Source: Tubiluchus corallicola (lineage: Eukaryota; Animalia; Priapulida). Taken from it: 64,000 nucleotides of DNA. The notes beneath the pieces are model-generated. The model had not been told where the DNA came from. It did no database searches and was given only the letters and a program-made list of their open reading frames with translations. Where the stretch lies: assembly GCA_030141605.1 (NCBI GenBank), contig JAQGDQ010000367.1, positions 169,075-233,074 on the forward strand, in the 5' to 3' direction. Both the position numbers and the translations under genes were made by a program. Of the stretch, positions 45,565-59,381 are shown piece after piece (positions within the stretch are counted from its first letter, which is position 1; each line of letters opens with the position of its first letter).

Positions 45565-45733
45565 AATACTGTATGGTGCATATAACAGAGGCTTAGTGTC
45601 AAATGTCCAAGAATTTACTGACCGGTATAGGACGATGGTACTTAAAACGAAACTAAAAAGTCCTACTGCTCGTGCAAAAGTGTTTTATCCTCGTTTTTAA
45701 ACTGTGGTTACGTTCAAGTTAGACTTCATACAA
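45254..45733. repeat. Inverted repeat, ~170-bp arms (45254-45424 / 45564-45733) with (TA)n-rich spacer
   Basis: Arms are near-exact reverse complements; also preceded by (TA)n at 45173-45254. Confidence 0.95.
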
Positions 45734-46923
45734 AGGCGTTCGTCTATCTATTCTGTCGTAATCATAAACTGTACATATAAATTTTTATCAATCTCATCAG
45801 TAGTCCCTAGATTAGACATACGTCATACAATAATAATAATACAATGAACCTAGTTTCTTCTTGTTCTTGTTTCTGAAGATGTAAAAATTGTTGCAATGTT
45901 TGTAAATAATGCCTTGTTAATTTTCTATTTTCGCAGCATATATATTTAGTCATCTATGTTTAAAAGTGTATATTTTGGAACTGCAACAAATGTTGTTTAT
46001 AAAATCACTAACAAAAGTTGTGGATTAGACTCAATAATAGATAACTAGAGGTGCTTATAATTAAAACCGCCCATATGTAGGCTTTCTGTCTTCCCAGTTG
46101 CTCTTGTTTGTAATTACTCTAGGTTTGGATCATAGAAGTCAGCCAAGTTTGTTGCCCGTATGCACGTTCTTTTTGCAATGCACAATTCATTTTATTAAAA
46201 CATCGATAATTATATTTTGAAAGAGTTCAGAAAGGGGTTTCTCATTCTAAATAATTGTGTAATTCACTCATTTTAAAATACGCTTTTCGAGTTTTTGAAT
46301 TTACGTATCAAACTAAGACAAAATGAAACATATACTGCGAGATAGGTATTTGGCATTCTAGTAACTATTTCAATTTTTTACTTTGAAACAGCTGATTTAA
46401 TTTTGAATAATTCAAGTTTTTCTAATTTTCACATAGTAAGTTCATTTATTAGCCCACTAAGTCTTTAATTTATCTTTCATCTTAACTTTTTCTGACAACT
46501 TTTGATAAACTGGACGTCTATTAGTTCAAGTTCAATATAGAGCGTTTTCATTACTCACTTCTTGCTCCATTCACTGTGCCTCGCTATGGTTACTAACATG
46601 AAAATTATCAGGCATGATAGGAAAGTTTTCTTGTAGATGCTCAGTTCTACAACCGTCTTAGAATGTAACTATGAGAAAATTAATAAATGTTTTATATTAA
46701 TTATTGTCGTTGAGATACATATTTTTTTGGTGAAAACTAGTTTTCAGTTTTTTTAGCTTCACATCGTGTAATCCATAATTCTATCGACTGCCCTCTGAGT
46801 CAACGTTTGAAAATATGGTAAAATATGGTAGAACCAGATAAAAAATGCTCAATAAACAATATATACACAGAACTTGACTTGCAATTCCCATTCTAGAATT
46901 TAGAAATAATCAACAGATAAAAT

Positions 46924-47112
46924 GGTGATCGGTAATAAAATTAAAGGAAAAAAGTCACAGAAAAAGTCACAATTTATTTTGGCTAGGGTTAAGGTTGGCG
47001 CTAGGATTTGGTTAGGGTTATTTCCTATGCTTTTTTCCTGTGATTTATTCCCTGTGACTCTTTTCCTGTGACTTTTTTTCTGTGTCTTTTTGTGACTTTT
47101 TTACCAGGATTC
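46924..47112 (+). mobile_element. Non-autonomous foldback-type element, AAAAGTCAC / GTGACTTTT arrays around a TTAGGG-like core (copy 2)
   Basis: aaaagtcaca repeats, then ggctagggtt...ggttagggtta, then cctgtgactttt repeats. Confidence 0.6.
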
Positions 47113-48869
47113 GATTAAACATCCTACCCAGGCATCGAGGCGCTTGTTTTATTTTTTGATTTATTATACATTTTACATGTATTTCAGTACATAAAAAGTA
47201 CCATAGAATAATAAACAAAGTATAGTTAAAAATCACAATTAAAAACATTTGCACAAGACAAATAAAATAAATGTTTACACAAAGAACAGAGAATTATTAA
47301 GCTAAATATATTAAAAGGGTCAGTAAGTGCATAGTCCCAACAGGCAAACATATTCGTTAACAAACATATAACAAAGTTAAAATGTTATCAGTATTATGAA
47401 CAAAACTGCGTATGATTTCATTGCTTGAATTTAAAACTCGCTGACAAAGGCTAAAAGTATTTTTGCGTAAAATGACTTTAAAATGAACTAAATCACAAGA
47501 AAACCCTTCATAAACATAAAGCTTGAAAAATTCGTTTTGAAATTTTATATCACTTACATACTGCCTTTTTGCACGCAGGACTTCAATCGGCAGTCACGCT
47601 GTACAAAACATGTAAATTTAAACTCTCGCGATGACCGTTAGACGCAGCCATTTTGACGACAGGTCATTTAAAATAAGTTTAGATAACATTTTGTAAAGTT
47701 TGAAAAAATAATCAGAGCATTCGTAGCGCACACGTCACTAACTGAGTAAAATTTAAAATTACTGTAACTTGTCAATAAGATTAAAAATACGTTTTTGGTT
47801 AGTGAGTGGTGCACCCTGGAGGGTGAGTCAGCGACATTTTACCAATTGGTGAAAACACTTTAAATAATTAATAATTTTCTTTTCTAGTTACATAAGTCTT
47901 TGTAGCAGGTAAGCGAAAATCTAAGTAATATAGATTTGCACAGAAAGTCTTTTGAGACATAATTTAACATTGCCTTTTCTTCCCTTGATTTACGTTTGGT
48001 ACATGACGTCATGTAATGGCGATTTCGGAACAGTATTGCGGAAGATTTAAAATGAGATCAAACCAAAATTCCTTTCAGTGCGAGTAAGATATATGCATAA
48101 AATTGCTATAAAGTAATATAATTTTTAAGGCGATTTTTCTGAAACCTACTTCAGGTGGCCCTTTTCTTGTCCTTTAAGTGCTTTCTATACAATGGCAGAA
48201 ATTGTGATTATCCAGTAAATTGTTTGAATTTTCAGAATACTAATCCTTATTAAATATTTTTGGATCACGCAGCGCTCATCGCTTGTTTTTCCCAATGCAA
48301 TTTTCTTTATACCCGTAAACGTCATAATTTGTTTTTCGAAAATTCACTTTATAACTTGACTTGATTTCATTTGCTACTTTGCTAGAAATGTGTTACAATG
48401 CCTTAGAATAAATTCAATTTGGGGAAAGTTGCAAGTGTTAGAGAAATTGTTTGCTTTAAATCAATTTGATAGCAGCAGTAACAGGAAATTCAAACGAATT
48501 TATCACCTAATCAATAAGAGTGAAATTGCAATAGGCGGACCGCGCAGCCTGCCCTTCGCAATGATAACATTTCCCTTGACTCTCACAAAAAGTGGGCCTA
48601 AGAAAACAACAACTGCGGCAACAGCAACAAAGCAGCTGGGGCAGCAGCAACAAAAGCGCTCAGCAAGAGCAAAGGGCATAAAGTTCTTCACGCAACATGG
48701 TATAATTTTTGTGATGTGTGACGTCACCCTTGAGTCTTTAGACAAGGTATCTAAGATATTTTGATGATTTATCAAATGTTGCAAATTTGCCAAGCTTTTC
48801 ATTTAATAATCAGGATAATCACGATAATGGTAATTTAATCATACAAATTTCTTTAGATTATTGTGCTTT

Positions 48870-51060
48870 GAGACTGATTCACATGAATATAGTTAGCTTA
48901 AGTGAGAAAAATGGACTTAATAAATGAGCTTTCAATTTCCCTAGAGTCACCAATGAAAATAAGAGGTCTTTCAGAAACAAGATTATCACACCAAAATACT
49001 ACAAACACAGATCTAATTCGGTATAATGTTATAAGAGATTTGCTCATCTTTGCTCATACTCAAATTTGCCATCTCACATAGGCAGGGTCGGAGTGTACGT
49101 GCATAAAACTTTATCATTCGCTGATGAAACTGAACCACCCGTATGTACAAATTTGTGGGCGGAAATTGAATCTACAAATGGTAACAACATTGTTATTGGC
49201 GTTATATATCGTCACCCTGGAGACATCTTAAATTCAGTAAACCAATTCAAAACTTAGATAATCTTACATCTACAACTGGCTCACAAAATAACCTGTGTCT
49301 CTTTTAAAATATGTTTGCCATCGTTTTTCAGAGTATGCGGATCAAATGTTTCTAATTAATGCTTTTCATTGATCACACAATCTACTAGGATTACTTCAAA
49401 AACACTTATTGACCACATATATTCTAATGATTTAGAGATACCTCTGCTTTTTTCTCTTTTTTTGCTATAATCCATGACAGTCTTACTAAAATAAGACGTA
49501 ATTTTCGAACTTTAAATAACGATCTGTTTTTTTTTTTATTATTTTAAAAATGCTTTTGACCAGCAAATCTTCGTTTTTAGTGATATACTTAATTTCTCTT
49601 ACTGAGCAATCCTTGGATCACTGCTATTCCTGTTGTATATAAATGATTTACCTCTTCGTTCAAATAAATTATTGCTTCGTTTATTAACTGATGATACCAA
49701 TATTTTCGTGGTTGATAAATGAATGAGGAATTAATAAGTGTAAACGAATGGCTTGTCAGGAACTTTGGTATTTTTTATTTCGTTTTCGAATATTTTAATC
49801 GAGAAAAACTGGAAAGCTAGACTGCTAAATTTTGCCCCAAGTTCAAATAACTAATCTAAGTTCCAGACCCAAAATAAATGTGAATTTTTTAAATAACGCA
49901 TCTTTCTACCTGTTTGTATTGATAAACTGAAAAGAAACCAAGAACAGTTGATAACAATATGCGCATAATTATTACAGGTATTTCACATTATGATATTTAC
50001 AATGATTACAAGAGGTGAACTGTATTATTAAATTAATACGATACGTCGGCCTGGTACATTACAATGGTGTACGACCTAGCTACGTTTTAGTAAGAAAGAT
50101 TAGTACACAATTATTAAATATATTTGCTCGAAAGTACAATATGATATAAGTGTCTACATTACTACGTAACATAACAATAGATCACACCTAATTATGTAGG
50201 CCTCGGGATATCCTCGACAATGTTATCCAGGAGATAACATAGGGCTTGGAGGGTTACTATTTTAACTCAGCCTAATACGGGTTGGACATCAGTTTAAGTA
50301 GACTTTCGAGGAAGCCTAGTAGAAGTAGAATAATTAGCTCATTAAACGGGTAATTAGGCAGAACGCTAAGTAATGCTATCTACAAGCTTATTCAGAAAAA
50401 TGTTGTATTTTCATTAATAAACCTGTTTGCTGGGGCAGATCCAAGCCACCAGGGAAAATACGTATAAACACTATGTCTCGAGGTGCGCCATACTGGCGCA
50501 TTTCTCGACATGGCTAGTAATAAATGAACTTTCAAAAAATCAAACTTCATTCTTTTTAGATTCAAAAACTCTATATATTCCAACTTTGATTTATTCTTTA
50601 ATAATAATAAGAATATTGACAGGAAAGCTTATGTTAAATATCTCGGTATATTTTTTGATGAACGTTTTAACTAGAAATATCACCTTAATAGCATTAGTCG
50701 TAAGAATGAAACAATTGGCACATTTGTAGACTTAAAAGATACACAAAAACAGAAACATTAATGACAATATGTTACAGCTCAATATCTCCGCATCTACTGC
50801 ACTATGTTTTGTATTAGTGGGTACATACAAATACAATTTAGGGGAGCTACAGAGAATTCAAAACAAAATTCTTAAACCAATTCAGTTTGTATAATATTAC
50901 CTCTCAACATATCCAATATATAAATCATCTAATTACTTTCATGTTAAAAAGATGTGAGATGAATTGCTAACGTACAAATTTCATCACGAGCTCACACCAG
51001 CAGGTTTTTAGTCCTATCACTTTAATGCATAGTTATAATACTAACTATGCAGCCTCTATT
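48870..51060 (+). mobile_element. Decayed, internally deleted CR1/L2-group LINE (APE + RT remnants)
   Basis: Ordered broken motifs: HMNIVSL, GLSETRL, GRVGVYV, IVIGVIYRHP, TRITSKTLIDHIYSN, NAFD, ILGSLLFLLYINDLP, TDDTNIF, VKYLGIFFDE, LQRIQNK. Confidence 0.85.
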
Positions 51061-52210
51061 ATTTCATGCTTCAACATAATATTAATACATTCCAACACTT
51101 AGCTAGATACAATGAGTATATTGTGGTTTAACACTTAACTTAATCAATCTGTTGACTAGTTTCTATACCAACGATATAATCATTTATTACTAGTTCTATT
51201 GCTAACAAATAAAGCTTATCCCTGTATTCGATCATTATAATATCATATATAACGATTTTCATGGTTTTAATGAATATTATTAAATAAGTATATTCTTGCT
51301 AACCGTCCTGACACGGGATACTGCCAATTAAGTTTCCTCATCCTCTATTTTTGCAATCTAACTGTATTAAAAAACTCAATGTCCTGGCTGCTATTCACTA
51401 TTCTGAGGGAAGAGCTCGAAATCGGTTGCTCCTCATTTCCCCACGACAAATAAAATTCTGACTGTTATCATATATTTGTCAGTTGATTCGTTACCGGTGG
51501 ACTTGTAAACACATGCTTCATGTAATATCTCATGTTTTTCATTTGATCATAACTATGTTTGTTGTGACACAAATGTTTTAATTTTCAATTTAATATATAG
51601 GCAGTGTAAAATAGAATGTGTATTTCACCTTCAATACTGCCATTTAAAACAGCTCACATTTAGCAGAATACTAGACTAGGGCTGAATTTACTATGCTGCG
51701 AACTGTTAATATTCATTCGTCTATTTGTTCTTTTATTCATTCGTTCATTTCTAATAATTTAGATCATCTCAGTGTTGATAAATAGTCATACGTGGAGTGT
51801 GGTGTTCAATCAACGCGACGATGATGATGCGACTGTGATTCTGTAATTAATGTAAATGATGCAGTCGTCAAAGCTTTCGTGGTTTAATAGGAAAAGGATT
51901 AACCATATTAAAATACCAAATGGCGTCAGTAGAGCAAACATGTGATGCCTTATATAAATAACAAAACGTGAAAAAACGTGTTGATAGAACGTAACTTATT
52001 TTGCCTGCAGAGGGCAGCAACTACTAAGTTAAGGATGCTTTAAACTAAGAACGTTTTAAACAATGCAGTAACATGTGGTATACGAAGTCAATAATGTCAG
52101 CCAATAATGTGAAATAAAACTCAGACAGTTACTCTACAAAATAGCAACTCGAAGTTGAATAATTCGCTTCAGGTATTATAAAAAGTGCTGTATGAGGAAC
52201 AATAATGGCA

Positions 52211-52660
52211 ATGATCCGTTTATGCGATCAGTTTTCAAACTGTCAAACTAAAACTGACAAACAAAAACTGTCAGTCTTAAAACTGACGCGAATTTTTGAC
52301 AACATCAAACTTTTCTCCATCAGACTCTGGCAATAACTATTCAGCAAGGAGTGTTCATCAAATTATGGCGCCAATATGCAGACGAGCTTTGTTGTCCATT
52401 GAGCTAGCTTTGGTTTGAACGATTAAGAAATGAGAAATTGGAAAAGACACAATTAAAAGAATTTTGATGAAAAAATAGCTACAGGGAAGAATTAAATCGG
52501 CATGCTGTGACGAGCGTGCGACGCTTTTGGCTGTTGGGTCTGAGTTTCTCAGTTTTTGTTTGATGAATTCAAGACGGTCAGATACCATTAAACTCTGTTT
52601 ATGAAACTAAAACTGACAAACTAGTTTGACAAAAAAACTGATCATCTAAACTAGCTCTTT
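52211..52660. mobile_element. Probable MITE with subterminal AAACTGACAAAC repeats
   Basis: gtttatgcgatcagtttt (left) vs reverse complement of aaaactgatcatctaaac (right). Confidence 0.5.
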
Positions 52661-53530
52661 AATCAAGCTGGATATGAATTTAACACAGTAAACTCAGTTT
52701 AGCATTTTCCCATGAAACTCGGGATAATCAGGATTCAGGAAAGTCATTGCGAAACAAGAAATTTCGGCCACGTGATTACAGTGACTTCATTTGAGCTTCT
52801 GTTTGCGAACAACTAAAAACAATGTTTCTGCAAAATGCAAAACACAGTTCGGATTGAGAGCAATAAGCCTAATTACAAGCTTAACTCTTGCACAAGTCAA
52901 CAGATCTACAACATTGAGTATATTAAAATAATAATAATAAAAGGGCTGTGTGAAAGTGCTTTACGGTTATTTAAACTGGTGAAAATTCTGAACACGGAAC
53001 GTCATAATAGAGCAAAATAGTGCCTTCTCTGTACTATGTGCGCTTGCAAGTTGGATTAAAGGTGGATTGTAATTAAAATTGTGGATCCACCGATCATCCA
53101 CTTCCGATATTATAAGACAATGTTCTGCTGCTGCCATCCTTCATCAAAAACCTCAAACTTAACTGACGCACATTCCGAATTGCGAACAACTGAATCACAA
53201 CTGCTGGCAATTTAATGATAAAATACAAATACTAACAGGAATTCATCGTAATGAAATTCCCATCTAAAGTGCAAGTAGTATTTTTCTTCACTAAATGGAC
53301 AACTCATTTCATATCATAAGCTGCCTACTGAACGAAAGTCATCAAACAAGTGAACATCGCATCTGCATATTCAGCTTTTCAGTAACACTACTCAGGCAAA
53401 TCTTTGTAATTTTAATCACATTTGTACTTAGCTTCAAATATATAGTCGTCAAGTTGGAGCAAAAGCTGCAGAGCCCCAAGCTTCCTTCAAAGATCAATCC
53501 GACAACAGCAGTGACGTGTCCCTGATGACG

Positions 53531-53796
53531 TCAGTGGTCTTCTTCACAAATTGTGACGTCCGTCTTAGTTACATGATTACGTAGTCCATCTTCTAACTCG
53601 CTTTGCTTCACATCCGAATACTCTGTTCGCTTGTATTGTGGAAATATTGGAATGTATTTAGCAAAAGGCACGCGGCCCAGCAAGTTTGTGATGTAAGGCA
53701 AATCATATGACGTCATGTCACCACCTTTGTGATCAAGTTTTCCATCTTTTGTTTGACAAGCATTGAAGCTTATTATTCCTCTTTCAGAATCGGTTC
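53531..53796 (-). CDS. SLC23: SLC23 terminal exon (GTDSERG...YDLPY...CEEDH*)
   Basis: ttacag| acceptor; open to TGA at 53533-53531; YDLP and YIPIFP C-terminal motifs. Confidence 0.92.
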
Positions 53797-54159
53797 CTGT
53801 AACACAAGACATTATATGGAAGATTACAGCTATAAATTTTATTTTGCACAACTAATAAAAATAAACAAATAAACAATGAGAAATTTGATATTTTACTGAT
53901 ACTATATGCTCTATTATCTATTATACAAATACAAAAACAAAAACATGACAAAGTGCTTACATAAATCTCAGTTTTGCTTACCTGGAGCTGTGTTATCGAG
54001 TATAAGGCCAACCGTTGCACCAACAAAATATCCCATTGAAAGAAACATTGTTATCGCCTGATCCAAAGCAAGATTACCTAGAACAACAAACAATGCAGTT
54101 TTCAGTCGGTTTATGCTGTGATAGTAACATGAAGATGATGATGATGATGATGATGATGA

Positions 54160-54198
<39 letters not shown>

Positions 54199-54232
54199 TG
54201 ATGATGATGACGACGCCGACGACGCCGACGAC

Positions 54233-54276
<44 letters not shown>

Positions 54277-57200
54277 CGACGATGACGATAATGATGATAA
54301 TGATAGTTTATAACAACAGATCATTGTACACACTCTGCAATGCTCTACTGTGTCTTATTTAGTTCAATGAATACAAAATCTATTAAAAATTAAGAAATTA
54401 ATAAAAGTTAAACCCGTGAGATACTATAATACTCTACTACACGATTCTACATATCACGTAAATATGGTGACAATGAAAAGCATTCATCATCTACGGCTTC
54501 GTCTTGGTTATTTTTTCCACTGATTGCACATACTCTACACCTTTTCATAGAAATGTGATGAACTACTACCACTTCGTTAAAAAACTACTCTTACCCGTTT
54601 TAATAGCGTCCGGATTGGCTTTAATGAATTCAGGCATCATAACGCCTAGCACCATGCTCAGCCCCAATATTGTCATGTTTCTAGACGAGGTTAACTTAAC
54701 GTACTGTAGATTGCCTAGACCAATGGCAGCAACCAATGACAATCCAATTGCTGATATGCCACCAGTGATGGGAATCGGTAAGGTGACCAATGTTGCAGCA
54801 ATTTTGGGAAAAAATCCGCATATCATCATCAAAACAGAGGCCATGTATATGATGGATCTTGACGTTACCTAAAGAAACAACGGAAGACAATATGCAAACG
54901 ATGCCAGTACAGAAACTTAGGCTAAGTTACAATTTATATTGTGACATTCTACATTATACTGCGTTACTATGAGATTCAATTGATTATGCCACTTTATGTT
55001 CCATTACATTATATTACATTGTTATAGTCAAATTACCTATATAATTAGTTGAATGTTTGACCAAAATTTGTTTTTTATTTTCCCACTTGAGGGAGCCAGG
55101 TTTTTGATTGTGCTGGCAAGTAGTTGTTTGTAGATTTGGTTACTTAGCTGGTTATTGGAGAGATCTGGCACCTTGTTTACAAACTTACTTATAATGATAG
55201 TGAAAAAATGCAACTTTTTATGTTAGAAACTTCTTGTCATGCTTCAAGAACAGTGCGCTCTATAGGGGTACCGAATGAAGTAAATACTTTAAGTTATAAA
55301 TAATATTGTATTGTTAATTTGAGAGTGAATTTTGTTTTGTAACTTTAATTCAAATTTCTGTAAACCTAGATCACAGCAACCTTTCTGTATTGGCAAGACT
55401 TCTCAGTAAACTCCAAATGCAACTTTCGTATTTGCTGTTTTCTACTGTTTTTCTACCGTATTATGTCTTGTTGCCATCTTTATCTTGACTTGGTTTATCT
55501 ATTGTTGCCATCTTTATCTTGACTTGGCTTACTTATTTATTCATTAGTGCACCAAGTTGCCCTGCCTCACTTTGCCTTATCTTATCTTGCATTACATTAC
55601 GTTACATTGCATTGTATGCTTGCTATCACACACATTACACTGCATAAGGTTAGAAAAATGATGGAAAAAAAACTACAGCAGAAACAGTAACAGCAATAAT
55701 ATGGACAGATTCTTGACTAAGTAACTTCATAACTTGCATTTTGCAAAAGAAGTCTACTCATTTTTAGTCAATATTTATGATTGTTTACAAACAACAAGAG
55801 AAACTAGCTTAAATACGATACCCTTGTCAGTCCCATGACTCCAATAGCATTACTATAGGAAATAACTCCGACTCCACAACCCATTGAACCAGATATAAAA
55901 CAGCCGAGCCCTGCAAGAAAAAAATCTCACTTAAAAATTCAAGTCTTCGTTTTCAAGTGGTAACAAGATTCTGCAACAATTGTTAGTATTTTTATACTAT
56001 CGTGAAATTTTTGTTAATAGTTGTAGTATTTCTCTGATCGAATGGATGGAAGGATAACGACGTAAAGCAGTATGACACTGCATAGAAAAAAAATGACGTC
56101 ACCCTCGAAGTTACCGAAGTAACATGTATTATGTCTTACCATTTCGGGTTTATATACAAACATTCAAAAATCAACACTCATTAAAGGAAAACAACATGGT
56201 TTTTCATATCATAACCCATTTTGAAGAACGGCAAGAGTATACATTTTAACACCTGTAATTAAATAATAGCTTAAAAACTTATTTCATGGCGGGGAGCCCA
56301 GCTAGTGATGACGTCACAACTGAACATAACTCAACAGAACAGAACACGTGCGTGTTGCACATGTTTACGATACGAAAATTGAAGAACAATCCTACTATAT
56401 AACATTTAGCGTGATTTACAAAAAGTCGGCAAATTTCGTTTAAACTTGAAATTCCGAGTTTACCGCTGTGTTCACCCATGAGCTCTTGAATATGTGCACT
56501 ACGTCACAACTGAACATCTATGAACTGAGAGGTGCAGCACCTGTTTTTGTGCAACACGTTTCCTAGAGATGCATACACTAGTTCCCATCTAACTAACGAA
56601 TAGTGAAATGTATGTAGCAGCGAAGAATTAGCCCCACGAACGCATAGATTGTCTTAAGCTAAAGTTTTAGACTGGGTTCGGTTCTCTTTTATGAATCATA
56701 ATTTTTAATAACGATGAGAGGCAGCTGATTAATATCTCGTCAAATTAAATTCAAACCAAAATGTATTAAATAGCTTAGAAAAGTTCAATGACGACAACAT
56801 CAACAACTAGCCAACAGCAACGACATTTTAGTGTCTGAAAATAAAAAATAACATAACCTTCACAGAGCAATGCCCTGTTGACAGCATGAGCCGGAGGAGG
56901 AGGCAGTTGACATATTTTCGCGCATGCGTAGTAATCACCAACTGCTTCTATGATACCAGAAAAAATGGCGATCAACATCCCAACAAAAGAAGCTATACTG
57001 ATTGTGGGCATTCCAAACTGGCCTGAAATAAAATGGGTCATGTGAAAACCATGATTGTCACAGGTTAACCTAGGCATAACAAATCATGAGTTTCGCTGAG
57101 AACACCAAATAAGTCTACAGATCCAGCTGGGGTAAAAGTTCGTTAGTCAGTAACTCATGTTCTTTCGCAGCATGCATTTTATAGTAGATAACTTGGAAAA

Positions 57201-59349
57201 TTTAAAAGATTATGCTCTAATCTAAAACCTGGAATATATAATTCGGCCTGCTAGTCGCAAAATTTAACGTTGAGTTGCTAAATACTACTGTAATCTAGAT
57301 GAAAATCATTTACCTGGATACGGTAAAACAAACCACGGTGTCTCTGAAACGATTTTTGTATTTGCGTCAGATCTTGCCCAGTAAGCTGGATTTTTTGGGT
57401 CATCCGGTAGAACGCCAGTCGCTGTGAGAATGACTGCTAAAATCCACGCAACAGCTAACGCAATTAACGCCTAATAAGTGCAAAAAAATTAGAAGTGTGA
57501 AGACAAAATTGTTAACATTTATAGTTTTGACATTTATATTTCCAATTGGTAGTTTGGTTGTTGGGGCCAATTTGTTTATTAACGAATGGCCGAGTCATCA
57601 GAAGGCAAATTGGTAAAGGTTAATTTGTACGAGGCTGGAGGGTACTGCGATAATCAAAAGTATATATCGAAACTAGATTTGTACAGGTTCGTACAGCCCC
57701 GAGTTATCACGTAAACCATCATCCTGGTACAGCTTTTGTAAAAGAGATTCATATCACTCTGCAGAGTGAATAGAGAGAAACCGGGCTACACGATTATGTG
57801 TGCCTCCTTTATAAGCATCTCTGCCAGGATTAAGGGCTACAAGCTAAGTTTGGGAGAACGTATTTTCTGGACAATACTGTCTAATGCAATGCAATGCAAT
57901 GCAAGTATTTTAAGTCAATGTAACTTACAGGGAACACTGTAAAAATAGGCAAATGGAAAAACTGCCATCCATCACTTTTACTCCAGGAAGGAATCGGCAA
58001 AATTAGTTTATTTCCAATGTACAAAGAACATAGGAGTGTCATCACAATAGTACTGAAAAAAATAACAAAACTTACGATAAAATTTTCTGAATAAAAACGC
58101 ATATTTTCATTTGAGGTTAAGCAGTTTGCATTGTGGAAGCAAATAAAAATGGTGTTCAAATAAGACATTTGTTATTTTATTTAAAATATAGCTTTAAATA
58201 GATTATTAGGCCTACTTCTTAAACTGGTGAAATAATAAACATGTTATGCTTAGCCACCAATATTCTTGTTACCATTTTTCCTTGAATTTAACATGTTTTT
58301 GTGTTTTCTCAAAAATGCGTTTATGGATTCAATCCCTCAATAATCCCTACGTCTACAGTTGTAAACCAGCAAAACCATTCGGGATGTTAATCAACAAATA
58401 AACAAAATTCGACCAACACAAATTTAATTCTTAATAACATAATGATAATTAATAACAAAAATCCCTCAATTAAGGAGGAAAAAACACGAGGTTTCAAAAA
58501 CTACCGCTGCAGTTTATCTTCGAGTGAAAACAAGTTCGACTCGGACTATTGGCCGGGGGCTTGCTGAATTCAAGATCGTGGAGTAGACCTTTAGGCTTTT
58601 CTCGAAAATGATGTTCTTGGTGTCATCTAAAATTCAAGATGGCATATAAAAAAACTAACTCCGTCAATCGATGCCGCTGATGGTGTTGTCGCCGCCATTT
58701 TGAATTCTAAATGGCGAATCGAAAATCTGGCACAGTCAATCGATGCAAAATTTGTTCTAGCATATTCCTGCAAAGTTTCATGACGATGCGTTGCGAATTT
58801 GCGGAGCCTTGAACTTTTCAAAAAGAAAAAACGAGAACTACATACAGGATTTCAATCAAGTCCTCGACCAAAAAAGAGGAAAAATTACGTAGAATCACTA
58901 ATACTAAAATTTGGTGCATTCCTGTTTGTATTATTAACACATAAAGTTGCCACACTTAAAAATGTCGTAATTACATACAAAAAACACGAAACCACCCAAG
59001 TAAAAGACACAAGGGAAAAACACGGAAGTGTAAAAGCAACGGCCACAATCATTAACTCTGTTAGTATCATTAATTGTAATTAACAATTCAACTACACACT
59101 TACAACACAGCCAGACCCCAATGTTTCTCACACATGCCATTAATGACTCCATACAGGTTAATTCCAATCAGCGCTACAGCAGGTGTGATCGTCAGAGGTC
59201 CTATGTACCTCATGAGGAAGCCCACTAAACCAGCTGAACTAATGAAGAGTTGCACACAAGAAGCAGCCATTAATGCACCACTGATCTATAACAAGTTTCA
59301 GAAAAAAATTGCAATTTATTAAATGTCTCAAAACAAATTGGAATTATAT

Positions 59350-59381
<32 letters not shown>

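Noticed and set aside
51403-51452. Hammerhead remnant (tgagg...gagctcGAAATCGGTTgctcctca...aataaa)
   Set aside because: Right half looks like a minimal hammerhead but the CUGANGA core is absent; cannot be supported.
53522-56320. Several TGACGTCA (CRE-like) palindromes
   Set aside because: Located in coding or intronic sequence with no promoter context; no support for function.
58469-58812. Possible TTAA-flanked (Kolobok-like) non-autonomous element
   Set aside because: Termini too degenerate to define TIRs or TSD by eye.
59134-59322. Conserved antisense ORF MPLMTPYRL... (also 61997-62203)
   Set aside because: Shadow frame of the SLC23 exon sharing wobble positions; identity is explained by the duplication.
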